Positions 27,418-37,436 of a stretch of 64,000 nucleotides of DNA are shown in pieces. The position numbers were made by a program, and so were the translations under genes. Position 1 is the stretch's first letter. Every line of letters begins with the position of its first letter. Below the pieces are notes generated by a model. That model saw only the letters and a list, made by a program, of their open reading frames with translations, searched no databases and was not told the origin of the DNA. The DNA comes from an uncultured Desulfurococcales archaeon. Its GTDB lineage: Archaea; Thermoproteota; Thermoprotei_A; Sulfolobales; CAZFJX01. Location of the stretch: positions 72,958 through 136,957 of the forward strand of contig CAZFJX010000002.1 in assembly GCA_964519505.1 (NCBI GenBank), in the 5' to 3' direction.

Positions 27418-28518
27418 ATGGTTATAGCCTTAATACTCACTGGGGGGTTCGCCACGCGTTTAAGACCTCTAACCCTGACGAAGCCTAAGGCATTACTACC
27501 TATATTAGATAAACCCCTACTTGATTGGATCATAGAGGGAGTTAAGAAGGCGAGTATAAAAGACGTAATATTATCTGTAAGGTACCTTTCCCACTTAATA
27601 AAGAGTAGGTATGGTGATGGATCTACCTATAACGTTAACATTAGGTATCTTGAAGAGTCTAAACCTTTAGGTGATGCAGGGCCTTTAAGATTAGCTTTCG
27701 AAAGAGGCGAGATCGAGGGGACATTCTTAACTATTTATGGCGATGTCTTCAGTGATCTAAATCTTCTAGACCTAATTAATTACCATAAGAAGAAGGGAGG
27801 GATAGCTACATTAGCCTTAGCTAAGGTTGAGGATCCATTAAGGTACGGTGTTGTGGTACTAGATGATGAGGGTAAGGTAAAGAGCTTTATTGAGAAGCCT
27901 AAGGAGAGACCTCCTTCAAACATAGTTAATGCTGGTGTATATGTATTCGAGCCTGAGGTAATTAAGTACATACCTAGTAAGTATCCATCAAAGATATCCC
28001 TCCACTTAATACCTAAGTTACTTGAGGTAGGTGATGTTTATGGATATGTTCATGAGGGTATATGGAGTGATATAGGCGTCCCTATAGATTATAGGAGAGC
28101 AAATTACATGGCACTGAAGAAGCTTTACCCTAACGGATACATAGATAAAACGGCTGAGATAGGTGATGATGTAGAGATAATTAACCCTGCATTCATAGGT
28201 AAGAACGTTATTGTAGGTCGTGGAAGTAAGTTAGGACCCCTGACAGTAATTAATGAGGCAGTAAGGATAGGGACTTCATGCAGAATTAAAGGGTCTATAG
28301 TGATGATGGGTACGTTAATAGACGACTCAGTAGTCATAGGTGACTCAATCATCGGTGAGAAGTCGTTTATAGGGAAGTGGGTAAGGATTGAGGATGGTGT
28401 TGTACTAGGGGATGAGGTTGTTATAGATGATGAAGTATTCATAGCCAGAAACGCCATCATACTACCGTTTAAGGAGGTAACAAGTGATGTAAGAGAGGAA
28501 GGGAAAGTAGTTCTTTAA
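27418..28518 (+). CDS. Sugar-1-phosphate nucleotidyltransferase with C-terminal left-handed beta-helix domain
   Basis: N-terminal LTGGFATRLRPLT (G-x-G-x-R-L) motif and C-terminal hexapeptide repeats. Confidence 0.8.
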   Translation: MVIALILTGGFATRLRPLTLTKPKALLPILDKPLLDWIIEGVKKASIKDVILSVRYLSHLIKSRYGDGSTYNVNIRYLEESKPLGDAGPLRLAFERGEIEGTFLTIYGDVFSDLNLLDLINYHKKKGGIATLALAKVEDPLRYGVVVLDDEGKVKSFIEKPKERPPSNIVNAGVYVFEPEVIKYIPSKYPSKISLHLIPKLLEVGDVYGYVHEGIWSDIGVPIDYRRANYMALKKLYPNGYIDKTAEIGDDVEIINPAFIGKNVIVGRGSKLGPLTVINEAVRIGTSCRIKGSIVMMGTLIDDSVVIGDSIIGEKSFIGKWVRIEDGVVLGDEVVIDDEVFIARNAIILPFKEVTSDVREEGKVVL

Positions 28519-28582
28519 AAATATGGTTAATGGTTATTGCGTAATTACTTAATCATTTATCCTTATACTTAAATAGCTACTT

Positions 28583-29872
28583 TTAGATCCAGCCCCTTAG
28601 CTTCATAGCCCTAACTACTCTATCGACGGCAATGGCGTACGCAGCTACCCTCATAGGCTTGTCAGAATACTTCTTCTGCCACTCCTTGTAAACTTCATGG
28701 AAGTTGTGAGTCATCTTCCTATCAAGTCTGTTTAGTGCCTCCTCATCAGTTAGCCAGCAACCCATCCTATTATGGCTCCACTCAATCCAGCTCATTGTTA
28801 CGCCACCAGCGTTAGCTAATATGTCAGGTATGACTATAGTGCCCTTCTTATGCAGTATAATATCAGCCTCAGGCGTTGTTGGGCCGTTAGCGCCTTCAGA
28901 GATTATCTTAGCCTTTACCCTATCAGCATTCTTCTCGGTAATTACGTTCTCGATGGCGGCAGGTATTAGTATGTCTACATCTAGCTCGAGCAGTTCTTCG
29001 TTACTTATCCTCTTCTCAGCGTCTGGATAGTTAATGACTGTTCTTGTCCTGTCCTTAACCTCAAATAACTTAGCTATGTCTAGGCCCTTAGAGTTATATA
29101 CAGCACCCTTACTGTCACTAACAGCTACGACTTTAGCGCCCCACTCAGCTAAGTACTTAGCTGCGTACCTACCTACATTACCAAAGCCTTGAACAGCCAC
29201 CGTCTTACCCTCGACAGTACCCCATAAAATCTTAGCAGCCTCCCTGGCGACTAGCGCAGTACCGTAGCCCGTTGAGATCGCTCTAACGTATAGTCCGCCG
29301 ACTAATGGTGGCTTAGCAGTCACTACACCCCAAGCTGGATACCTCTTTATCTTGCTGAACTCATCGAAGTACCAAGCCATTATCTGTGGGTTAGTATAAA
29401 CATCTGGGGCTGGTATGTCTAGGTCCTCACCCACAATGTCAGCGATGGCCGCGAAGTACTTCCTTGATAAATCCTCTAACTCACGTGGTGATAGCTTCTT
29501 CGGATCAACCCTAATACCGCCTTTACCACCACCGTAGGGGATCCCGGCCAATGCGTTCTTCCATGTCATCCACATCGATAGGGCTACCACCTCACCCATC
29601 GTTACGTTGGGGTGGTACCTGATACCGCCCTTGTAAGGACCTAGGGCACTGTTGTGCTGTGATCTCCAGCCGATGAAGACGGCTATCTTGCCATTATCGA
29701 GCTTTACAGGGATCTTGACCTCAAGAATTCTCTCTGGGTGTCTTAAAACCTCAACAACATCATCAGGTAACCCTAGGAGTTGGGCAGCATCCTTTAACTG
29801 TTTAACAGCCATTTGATAGGTCGGGTCATTCTCGTATGGGGCGCCACTAAACTCTGTGCTCATTTTAATCAC
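28583..29872 (-). CDS. gdhA: Glutamate dehydrogenase
   Basis: GGGKGG catalytic-Lys region, a GFGNVG dinucleotide fold and elevated GC relative to neighbours; 429 aa. Confidence 0.93.
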   Translation of the reverse strand: MIKMSTEFSGAPYENDPTYQMAVKQLKDAAQLLGLPDDVVEVLRHPERILEVKIPVKLDNGKIAVFIGWRSQHNSALGPYKGGIRYHPNVTMGEVVALSMWMTWKNALAGIPYGGGKGGIRVDPKKLSPRELEDLSRKYFAAIADIVGEDLDIPAPDVYTNPQIMAWYFDEFSKIKRYPAWGVVTAKPPLVGGLYVRAISTGYGTALVAREAAKILWGTVEGKTVAVQGFGNVGRYAAKYLAEWGAKVVAVSDSKGAVYNSKGLDIAKLFEVKDRTRTVINYPDAEKRISNEELLELDVDILIPAAIENVITEKNADRVKAKIISEGANGPTTPEADIILHKKGTIVIPDILANAGGVTMSWIEWSHNRMGCWLTDEEALNRLDRKMTHNFHEVYKEWQKKYSDKPMRVAAYAIAVDRVVRAMKLRGWI

Positions 29873-30044
29873 ACTTATACTATCGTGTGAAGTGCTTAAA
29901 AATTTTTTAATGTAGCAACACGCATTTTAAACCATATGAATAGCGATTTAAACAGTTTAATCAACCAAGATCATACATGCATTACCGCAATTAAGAAGCA
30001 AAAATATAGTTAACTTTCAGTAAGTATTCTCTGAGGTTACGTCA

Positions 30045-30704
30045 TTGGTAAAAGCTGTAGTATTTGATCTAGATGGTACCTTAATTGATAGTGTTAGAGC
30101 CCATGCAATGGCATGGCTTAAGGCATTTAATCATTTAGGGTATGAGGGGGTTAAGTATGAGGTACTGATTAACATGATAGGTTTACCAGGCTATGAAATC
30201 ATAAGAAGATTATTTGGTAATGGGGCGTTGACTAAGTACAGAGAGTTTAAGAAAATCAAAGATGAGGTGTACATAAAGCTTCTAAAGGAGGGATATATAA
30301 CGATATACCCCGACGTAATACCTACTTTAAGGACGTTGAGAGCCCTAGGTCTTAAGTTGGGTCTAGCGTCTTCAACGCCGTCAAAAACCTTAAGTATAGT
30401 GTTAAGACGTTTCAGACTTAATGGTTTATTTGATGCAGTCATACCCGGGGACAAGGTGTCTAAGGGTAAACCACACCCAGAGATATTCATTAAGGCATTT
30501 AAGGAGTTAAACGTATTACCCACTTCTGGATGCGTTGTTGGGGACTCTCCCTATGATATCAAGCCAGCTAAGGAAATGGGTTGCATAGCTATTTTAGTAA
30601 CCCATGGTGCACGTAAGGAGGTTAAACCACCACCCGACTACGTAATTAATGAGGTGAGTGAGCTTATCGAGTTAATTCCTAAGTTAGGTATAGATCCTTA
30701 TTAA
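30045..30704 (+). CDS. HAD-superfamily hydrolase (phosphatase/beta-phosphoglucomutase-like)
   Basis: DLDGTLIDS motif I, SST motif II, K...GDSPYD motifs III/IV. Confidence 0.8.
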   Translation: MVKAVVFDLDGTLIDSVRAHAMAWLKAFNHLGYEGVKYEVLINMIGLPGYEIIRRLFGNGALTKYREFKKIKDEVYIKLLKEGYITIYPDVIPTLRTLRALGLKLGLASSTPSKTLSIVLRRFRLNGLFDAVIPGDKVSKGKPHPEIFIKAFKELNVLPTSGCVVGDSPYDIKPAKEMGCIAILVTHGARKEVKPPPDYVINEVSELIELIPKLGIDPY

Positions 30705-31212
30705 TGAAAGGTACTAAGGCCATGACTGTAGCCATATAGGTTAGGTCAATCCTTGTCACTACCTCACGCGTTAATAGCCCTATGAAGCCTATATCTTCAC
30801 CTACATCCTTAGTACCGTAATGCCTATCTACAACACTCTCTAATTCCTCACCTCCCCGTAAATCTCTTAAGAATTTCTCAGGTACCTCAAAAGCAGGACT
30901 GAACCCTACCCCCCATTTCTCACCATCAAACACGACTACTACCTGCACATCAAGAAACCTACCATTAAAACCAAATATTCCGGCCTCAACACCTACATAG
31001 AAGTCCGCCTTTACTCTCTTACGCAGGTTCATTACCCTATTATAAGCACCTTTATAAGTTTCCTCAAGACTTAATGGTTGATTAGGAACTCCGCTTTCAA
31101 CTTTTACTGGAGTTACCCTAACGTTGGGGAAGAACTTTTTAAACGCTTTCTCAACACCAGCTATTTTGGCTTTATTTGTTGACCCTAAAGCCACCGTAAT
31201 CATATAGAACAC
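30679..31212 (-). CDS. Non-canonical purine NTP phosphatase (YjjX/ITPase-XTPase family)
   Basis: N-terminal VALGSTNKAKIAGV and the overall 177-aa layout. The 3' end overlaps the convergent HAD gene by 26 nt. Confidence 0.7.
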   Translation of the reverse strand: MFYMITVALGSTNKAKIAGVEKAFKKFFPNVRVTPVKVESGVPNQPLSLEETYKGAYNRVMNLRKRVKADFYVGVEAGIFGFNGRFLDVQVVVVFDGEKWGVGFSPAFEVPEKFLRDLRGGEELESVVDRHYGTKDVGEDIGFIGLLTREVVTRIDLTYMATVMALVPFINKDLYLT

Positions 31213-31240
31213 CTAAGTACTTACAATTATTAAACACCTA

Positions 31241-32323
31241 CTAAATGTTTAAGTTCTTAATTACGTAACCACCATGCTCAGCCCATATTCTGCAAGTACC
31301 TTCAATACTAACCATGCATGGGCCGTAAGGGTTTCTTGGTGTACACACCTTCATAAATAAGGGGCATCGCGTAGGTTCCACCTTACCTAAAACAACCTCA
31401 CCACACCTACAACCTTTAGGTAAGGCTAAATCTACGTCTTTCGTTAAATCTATACCGTATTCGAAGGCAGCATCATAAACTCTAAACTTGTCTTTAAGTA
31501 CGTATCCAGATGATCTTACGACCCCTATACCCCTCCATGGGGCGTCAATAACCTCAAATACTTCATTAAGCATTGTCTTAGCCATTAAGTTTCCCTCATA
31601 ACTTACGGCTCTCCCATACTCATTATGGAGTTTAGGCTTACCGTCAATCAAGTCTTTTATAATTAAGTATATGGCTATAAGGACATCCATAGGCTCGAAT
31701 CCAGCAACGACAGCGCTCACATTGTATTCTCTCGGAATGAACTCCCACGCACTAGCACCTATTATCGTAGATACATGCCCTGGTGCTATAACTCCCTGCA
31801 GTGATACCTCAGGTACATTATCAAATAGATACCTAATGATAGGAGGAGTTAATCTATGAGCTATTAGTAACTTAAGATTACGAGGTATGACCTCTCTATA
31901 TACAGGTGAAGCCGTAGATGGTGCTGTAGTTTCAAAGCCTACAGCGAAGAACACAAATTCTTCATTAGGATTAGCCTTAGCTCTCTTAATAGCGTCAAGC
32001 ACGCTATACACTATGGTCACCTTACCACCTAAGGACTTGGCATGAGCTAATGACCTAACCTTATCTGAACTGCCTGGTAACCTGTACGTATCACCATAGG
32101 TCAGTACGTGAACCCCATCCATACATAGCTTTATTAACTCATCAACATAATGCGCAGGAGTTATACATACGGGGCACCCAGGCCCTGCAATGAGTCTTAT
32201 TGGGTCGGGCATCAAGCTTCTTAATCCATAATGCGTTATTGTCCATTCATGTGTACCGCAGAAATCCATAATCCCAACATGATCCAAATTTAAGATACTG
32301 CTAAGATTCTTTATGAGGTACAT
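31241..32323 (-). CDS. hypD: Hydrogenase maturation protein HypD
   Basis: GPGCPVC motif, FETT, and C-terminal cysteine cluster motifs; 360 aa. Confidence 0.9.
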   Translation of the reverse strand: MYLIKNLSSILNLDHVGIMDFCGTHEWTITHYGLRSLMPDPIRLIAGPGCPVCITPAHYVDELIKLCMDGVHVLTYGDTYRLPGSSDKVRSLAHAKSLGGKVTIVYSVLDAIKRAKANPNEEFVFFAVGFETTAPSTASPVYREVIPRNLKLLIAHRLTPPIIRYLFDNVPEVSLQGVIAPGHVSTIIGASAWEFIPREYNVSAVVAGFEPMDVLIAIYLIIKDLIDGKPKLHNEYGRAVSYEGNLMAKTMLNEVFEVIDAPWRGIGVVRSSGYVLKDKFRVYDAAFEYGIDLTKDVDLALPKGCRCGEVVLGKVEPTRCPLFMKVCTPRNPYGPCMVSIEGTCRIWAEHGGYVIKNLNI

Positions 32324-32391
32324 TAATTTTTTAGAGGCTGGGTTTCTTTCGTATAAGTTTTTGATTAGTTCGTAAGCTATGGTTAGGCACC

Positions 32392-33177
32392 CTAAAACTT
32401 AAGTATTACGTTATACCTTTTATTGCTAGCTAATTCTATATTGAAGCGCACATTAACGTTTTGATTGAAAAGCTCATTAAGAGAGGCTTCATAAATACCT
32501 TTCAAATAGTACGTTATTGCTTCTACATCACCTAATGAAAAGATGTGAGAAGGTAGGTCAAAACTAATAATTCTTGATTCATTGGTTACTCTAAGAGTTA
32601 GTTTTAAACCTATGGATTTACTTACATTGGTGGTTAAGGTCCATAGGCTTTGAGGAAGGCCTTTTAGTTTTGAAGCTAGTACGTAGCCTGTTGCTCTTCC
32701 TGCCGTGTAAGATATCGTACTTCTTACTTTTGGGTCTTTTACGAATCTATTGATTATAATTAAGTGAGGAATACAAGGAGTAGTTAGTGGTGAGGTCTCC
32801 TTTATTATTGCCTCATAAGTAGCTCTTAGTGCTTTATGCGTGGTTCTTAAAGGCCTAAATTTCCATATGAAGTAGGCTACTACATAGAGAGTGCATGCAG
32901 TTGTTGCTTCACCATAAATACTTGTTAGCTCACTTACATTATTAATGGAGAATTCTGCACCACTGTAAAATAAATCTATAATTAAGGTTGTGACCGCATA
33001 GAATAGCGTTGCTATGGCTGGTGCGAAAAGCGCATAGATTAAATATTTAATTACTGAACCTCTGTAGTAAGGTAAAGATTTAATGAGTATATAGAATACA
33101 GCGATGAGTGCGGGAATCATTGCAGCGCAAATAGCTATTTCTATAAGTATAGTGTTAGTAGGGATGTGCGATAGCAC
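32392..33177 (-). CDS. Hypothetical membrane protein with soluble C-terminal domain
   Basis: Four hydrophobic spans in the first 110 aa or so, then about 150 aa soluble. No motif recognised. Confidence 0.4.
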   Translation of the reverse strand: MLSHIPTNTILIEIAICAAMIPALIAVFYILIKSLPYYRGSVIKYLIYALFAPAIATLFYAVTTLIIDLFYSGAEFSINNVSELTSIYGEATTACTLYVVAYFIWKFRPLRTTHKALRATYEAIIKETSPLTTPCIPHLIIINRFVKDPKVRSTISYTAGRATGYVLASKLKGLPQSLWTLTTNVSKSIGLKLTLRVTNESRIISFDLPSHIFSLGDVEAITYYLKGIYEASLNELFNQNVNVRFNIELASNKRYNVILKF

Positions 33178-33228
33178 CTCTACCCTATTATTTATATTTG
33201 ATAACGAGCTTAATAATTTAAAGAGCCA

Positions 33229-33822
33229 TTATCTTAAAAATTTCAATAATAACTTAAGAACATTCATTTTTGCTAAATCTTCAAGGCATTCAACCACTTC
33301 TTCAGCCTCTACCAAGGTTTTACCTAATCCTAAAACACCATGTCTTACTAAGATAAAAGCATTTACGTTATTCTCAACATGCTGTTCTATAATTTTAATT
33401 AACCTCTTACTACCTGGAGGTGCGTAAGGAATTATCTTGATTTGCCCTACTAAAAGCTCAGCTTCCGCACTTAACGGCTCTAGTTCATACCCTAATGTAG
33501 CTAAAGCCGTTGCCATAGGGTTATGCGCATGGACAATGGCGTTCACGTCAGGTCTTAATTTATATATTGCTGCATGTAACCCCGCCTCAATGGATGGCCT
33601 ATTAGTTCCCTCAATAATGTTTAGATTTAGATCAAGCTTAACTAAGTCTTGAGGTTTTAGTCCACCCTTAAATAACCCACTAGGGGTTATCCAAAAAGCC
33701 TCCGTGTTAGGTAATCTGGCACTTACATTGCCACTAAGCGCAGTTACTAAACCTCTATCATATAATGATTTCATAACCCTACATATTTCCCTCTTAATAT
33801 ATTCTTCATCCATATAAAACAC
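33229..33822 (-). CDS. Class II aldolase/adducin-family protein (fuculose-1-P aldolase / ribulose-5-P 4-epimerase-like)
   Basis: GNVSAR, EAGLHAAIY and VHAHNP metal-ligand strings. The start abuts the stop of the MoaD-like gene with no intergenic base. Confidence 0.8.
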   Translation of the reverse strand: MFYMDEEYIKREICRVMKSLYDRGLVTALSGNVSARLPNTEAFWITPSGLFKGGLKPQDLVKLDLNLNIIEGTNRPSIEAGLHAAIYKLRPDVNAIVHAHNPMATALATLGYELEPLSAEAELLVGQIKIIPYAPPGSKRLIKIIEQHVENNVNAFILVRHGVLGLGKTLVEAEEVVECLEDLAKMNVLKLLLKFLR

Positions 33823-34104
33823 CTAACCACCAGCGGCTGGAGGGAAGATGTCTATTTCATCCCCATCTTTAATCTTAGTACTAAGTCCGCTTAGCATTAA
33901 GGCATTTAAACCATTAACTAATACCATGTAATCCTTCAAATCATCATCACTGGTTATTACTTCATTAAGCATAGGTATTGAAGAAATAACATCACCTAAC
34001 CTAGCGTCATCGTCATCAAGCTCAATCACCTTCTCGTCCCACCCTAACTTCTTTCTCAAGAATGCATACACCCTTACTTTGATACGCAAAGCAGAGTCCC
34101 TCAC
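33823..34104 (-). CDS. MoaD/ThiS-type ubiquitin-like sulfur-carrier protein
   Basis: 93 aa with beta-grasp-like spacing, ending ...IFPPAAGG (C-terminal Gly-Gly). Confidence 0.7.
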   Translation of the reverse strand: MRDSALRIKVRVYAFLRKKLGWDEKVIELDDDDARLGDVISSIPMLNEVITSDDDLKDYMVLVNGLNALMLSGLSTKIKDGDEIDIFPPAAGG

Positions 34105-34214
34105 CGAATTCTAAAGTTTTTGAGTTAAGAATTTTAAGATAAGAAACTTAAGGTGGATGCGATATTTAAAGAAAAAGTTTCATTTAGTTAGCCTACCTTA
34201 AAGTAATTACTCCA

Positions 34215-36101
34215 TTACTCAGGAAGCAGGCCCTCCTCCTCAAGTAAGTCAGCTACCCACTTAAGCCCTAACTCCTCAAGCTTCTCCCTAGTTGGCCTAC
34301 CCTCCTTCCATCCACGTAGCTTATAGTACTCATCAAGCATTTCGTGGAGCCTTACTACATGGCCCTTGCTTGGTCCCTCGGGCATTGGCTCCTCTAGTAA
34401 CCTCTTAGGTAGGGTGTCGTAAGCCCTACCATCACCGAAGGCTAAAACGTTAAATGCTCTTTCAGCCGTGTATATCCTTTCACCTATCTTCTCAATCTCT
34501 GCGGGTGTGATTTCCCAGCCTGTTATTGATGTTAATGCATCAGCGAAGTCATCAACCCATATAGCGAATGTTGAGAACTTACATATCACCATGCTATCAA
34601 CAACAGCGGATACGTCCTGGAAGTACTTAACCATCTTTGGCTTACCCTCAGTAGCGAACCTGTCTACTAGTTGCGGCACACCTAATACCTCAGGGCTAAT
34701 CATGTATGCTCTTAAGTGACACCCACCTCTATTGCTGGTTGCGTAGGCTAGGCCGTGGCCTTGAGCGCCTCTTGGGTCGTAGGCAGGTAACTCCTGACCC
34801 CTAACCACCATAGCAACCTCAGGGGCTCCATACTTCTCAGCTAATCTCTTGGCACCCTCAGCTAATTCGTCGCCAATACCCGACCTATAAGCGGTCCTCC
34901 ATGTTAACTCAACTATTGCCTCAGCAGAGCCCCAACCAACTCTTAAACCACGTAGCTTCTCAGCAGGTATCTTACCCTTCTCAATAAGCTCGAAGAACGT
35001 TCCTATAACGTGACCCATGCTAATCGTGTCTAAACCTAACTCATTACATAAGAAGTTAGCCTTAGCAATGGCCTCTAAGTTATCAACACCTGTCTGTGAG
35101 CCAAAGGCCCAGATGGTCTCATACTCAGGGCCTCCGCCCTCACCAGTCCATGGTGGTGTGGTCACCTTAGTGTATCTGGCACAGCCTACCGGACAGCCCC
35201 AACAGGCTTCTTCACGTACCTTCTCTTTAATTAGTATGGTTTCAGCCATTCTTTCTCCACTAATCTTCTCGGCGCCTGGAAAGACACCTGTCTGGAAGTT
35301 CCTTGTTGGGAATATGCCATGCCTATTGATTATGTTGACTAAGACTGCAGTGCCGTAAGCAGGTAATGCTTGACTCGTTACTGGACTCTTCTTTATCTTA
35401 TCCATAGCCTTAGCGATAGCCGACCTAAATAGATCCTCCTTAGCAGGCTTAGGCTTCTGAGTACCCCTAACAGCTATAGCCTTAAGCCTCTTAGAACCTA
35501 AAACAGCTCCATGACCGCCCCTGCCAGCCGCCCTATTCTTATCGTTGAGTATAGCAGCAAACCTAACTAGGTTCTCACCTGCAGGTCCTATACAAGCTAC
35601 CTTAATGTTCCTAGCATCGTCACCTATCTCAGCCTTCATCTCCTCAATAATCATGTCGGTAGTCGCATGTACGTCCTTTCCCCATAGGTGCTTTGCATCC
35701 CTTAACTCAGCCTTACCGTTATAGATCCATAACCATACAGGCTTCTCAGCGGCGCCCTCAACGATTATGGCGTCAAAACCAGCGAACTTTAGCTCAGGAC
35801 CCCACTTACCACCGCTTTGTGAGTCATGTATGGTACCGCTCAATGGGCTCTTAGTTACTGAGCACCAACGGCCGCTCATTGGGTAACCAGTACCTGTTAC
35901 GGGACCTGTCAGTAGGATTATCTTGTTCTCAGGGCTTAAGGGGTCAACCTTCGGGTTTAGCTCCTTAAGTAGTAGGTAAACACCTAGACCTCTACCGCCA
36001 ATCCAGTTTCTTAAGACCTTCTCAGGAGGGGTTTCGATGTAGAGCTTCTCCTTAAATAGGTCAACTCTTAGGATTTTACCTGTATAACCGCCTAAAGGCA
36101 T
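34215..36101 (-). CDS. aor: Tungsten-containing aldehyde:ferredoxin oxidoreductase
   Basis: 628 aa with AOR-family N-terminus (GYTGKILRVDL), a 4Fe-4S Cys pattern (CWGCPVGC...C) and pterin-binding strings. GC is higher than in neighbouring genes. Confidence 0.93.
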   Translation of the reverse strand: MPLGGYTGKILRVDLFKEKLYIETPPEKVLRNWIGGRGLGVYLLLKELNPKVDPLSPENKIILLTGPVTGTGYPMSGRWCSVTKSPLSGTIHDSQSGGKWGPELKFAGFDAIIVEGAAEKPVWLWIYNGKAELRDAKHLWGKDVHATTDMIIEEMKAEIGDDARNIKVACIGPAGENLVRFAAILNDKNRAAGRGGHGAVLGSKRLKAIAVRGTQKPKPAKEDLFRSAIAKAMDKIKKSPVTSQALPAYGTAVLVNIINRHGIFPTRNFQTGVFPGAEKISGERMAETILIKEKVREEACWGCPVGCARYTKVTTPPWTGEGGGPEYETIWAFGSQTGVDNLEAIAKANFLCNELGLDTISMGHVIGTFFELIEKGKIPAEKLRGLRVGWGSAEAIVELTWRTAYRSGIGDELAEGAKRLAEKYGAPEVAMVVRGQELPAYDPRGAQGHGLAYATSNRGGCHLRAYMISPEVLGVPQLVDRFATEGKPKMVKYFQDVSAVVDSMVICKFSTFAIWVDDFADALTSITGWEITPAEIEKIGERIYTAERAFNVLAFGDGRAYDTLPKRLLEEPMPEGPSKGHVVRLHEMLDEYYKLRGWKEGRPTREKLEELGLKWVADLLEEEGLLPE

Positions 36102-36284
36102 AACTCACTTAACCTCAGTATAACATATATAGTAGTACCAGATAAGTTTTTATGAACTATTAAGGACTGTACCCTACCTAAATTACTACAGTTTAAATAC
36201 TTAATTATGGACTTTAAGTGTCTAGATAGGTAAGTATATAAGTTCTATCCTCCCATAGTGAGTGGTGCGTAATGAGGGTTAGCC

Positions 36285-37382
36285 ATGAATAAATTCTCGC
36301 TTGGTGAGTGGGTAATAAGTGTCTCACCACTTAGCAGGCCAGAGAAATTAATGATTGAAGTGACCATGAAGTGTAATCTAAGTTGCTCGTATTGCTTTAG
36401 GAACAGCACTAATGAGTATTTCGGAACTATGGGTAAAGAACTCTACGACAAGATAGTTAATGATGCTAAAGAAGCTAGGGTTAAGTGGTTCATATTTTCT
36501 GGTTGGGGTGAACCACTCACTCATCCTAATATACTTGAATTTATTAAGGAGGCTAAAGAGGCAGGTATTAAAGTCGTACTAAACACTAATGGAACATTAC
36601 TCAAGAAATTCAATAAACACTTAATTGATTTAGGTGTTGATGAGGTTGTCGTGAGCGTTGATGCGGCTGAGGCGGAAATCCATGGTAGGTTAAGAGGGGG
36701 TAATCTTATTGAGATAATTAATGGCCTCATAGAGCTTTATGAATTAAGGAGGAGGTATAGCCACTTAATGAGGGTAGGACTTGAGTTCACACTAACTAGA
36801 TTAAATCGCCATGAGCTCCTCAAATTAATTGACTTGGCGAAAAAGGTGGGTGCTTCATATATTAGACTATCTAACATCATACCTATACGTAAAGAGCTAG
36901 AGGATCATGCATGTTATAATGATGAGGAATGTAGAAGGGACGTAGAGAAATATATGGATGTAATTAGTAAACTGAGTTTAGAGCATAATGTCCAAGTATA
37001 CCAGACTAACCTTGAGTTAAAGGCGCAAAGGGCTTGCCCTTTTGCTATGTATAAGGTTATGTTTATTAGGTGGGATGGTTTAGTGACCCCATGCATCCAT
37101 TACGCGCATGACTACGTTTTCTGGTTATTCGGTATTGAGAGAAGAGTGTATAAAGTAGTATTTGGTGATCTGCATAAAGAAAGCATTACCGATATTTGGT
37201 TAAACCCTGATTACGTAAAGTTTAGGTTTAGAGCCTTAACAGGTTATCAGCCATCATGCCTTGACTGCGTATTAGTTGAGTATTGCAACCTAACCCTAAA
37301 TAATATCATCGATTGCTGGGCTAATACACCAACATGTGCACACTGCCCGTTTATCTATGGATTAACTGCGTGCCCACTCTAA
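36285..37382 (+). CDS. Radical SAM/SPASM protein, tungsten-cofactor oxidoreductase maturase (Cmo-like)
   Basis: CNLSCSYC radical-SAM motif, GWGEP, and a C-terminal Cys-rich SPASM region. Divergently adjacent to aor, as cmo is in Pyrococcus furiosus. Confidence 0.78.
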   Translation: MNKFSLGEWVISVSPLSRPEKLMIEVTMKCNLSCSYCFRNSTNEYFGTMGKELYDKIVNDAKEARVKWFIFSGWGEPLTHPNILEFIKEAKEAGIKVVLNTNGTLLKKFNKHLIDLGVDEVVVSVDAAEAEIHGRLRGGNLIEIINGLIELYELRRRYSHLMRVGLEFTLTRLNRHELLKLIDLAKKVGASYIRLSNIIPIRKELEDHACYNDEECRRDVEKYMDVISKLSLEHNVQVYQTNLELKAQRACPFAMYKVMFIRWDGLVTPCIHYAHDYVFWLFGIERRVYKVVFGDLHKESITDIWLNPDYVKFRFRALTGYQPSCLDCVLVEYCNLTLNNIIDCWANTPTCAHCPFIYGLTACPL

Positions 37383-37436
37383 CACTATTTTTAAGTACCG
37401 CCGCAACATAGTCTCTTGCGGGTTAGGTGTTAGTAA

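Noticed and set aside
29920-29960. TTTAAAC(A/C) copies upstream of gdhA that resemble the half-site of the hydrogenase-promoter palindrome.
   Set aside because: The motif is short and AT-rich, and TATA-like in a roughly 40% GC genome, so two extra copies are not statistically meaningful without a genome-wide count. It is mentioned under the palindrome finding only as a lead.
33104-33427. 107-aa plus-strand ORF spanning the junction of two minus-strand genes.
   Set aside because: It overlaps the start of 32392-33177 and the end of 33229-33822. The sequence is low-complexity, and the only non-overlapping part is a 51-bp AT-rich spacer.
37383-37436. T5 tract (37388-37392) plus hairpin CCGCAA-N9-TTGCGG (37401-37421) after the radical SAM gene, considered as a terminator.
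   Set aside because: It is plausible but weak. The stem is only 6 bp, and the next gene (mrp) follows 15 nt later on the same strand and may be co-transcribed. That is not enough to annotate it.
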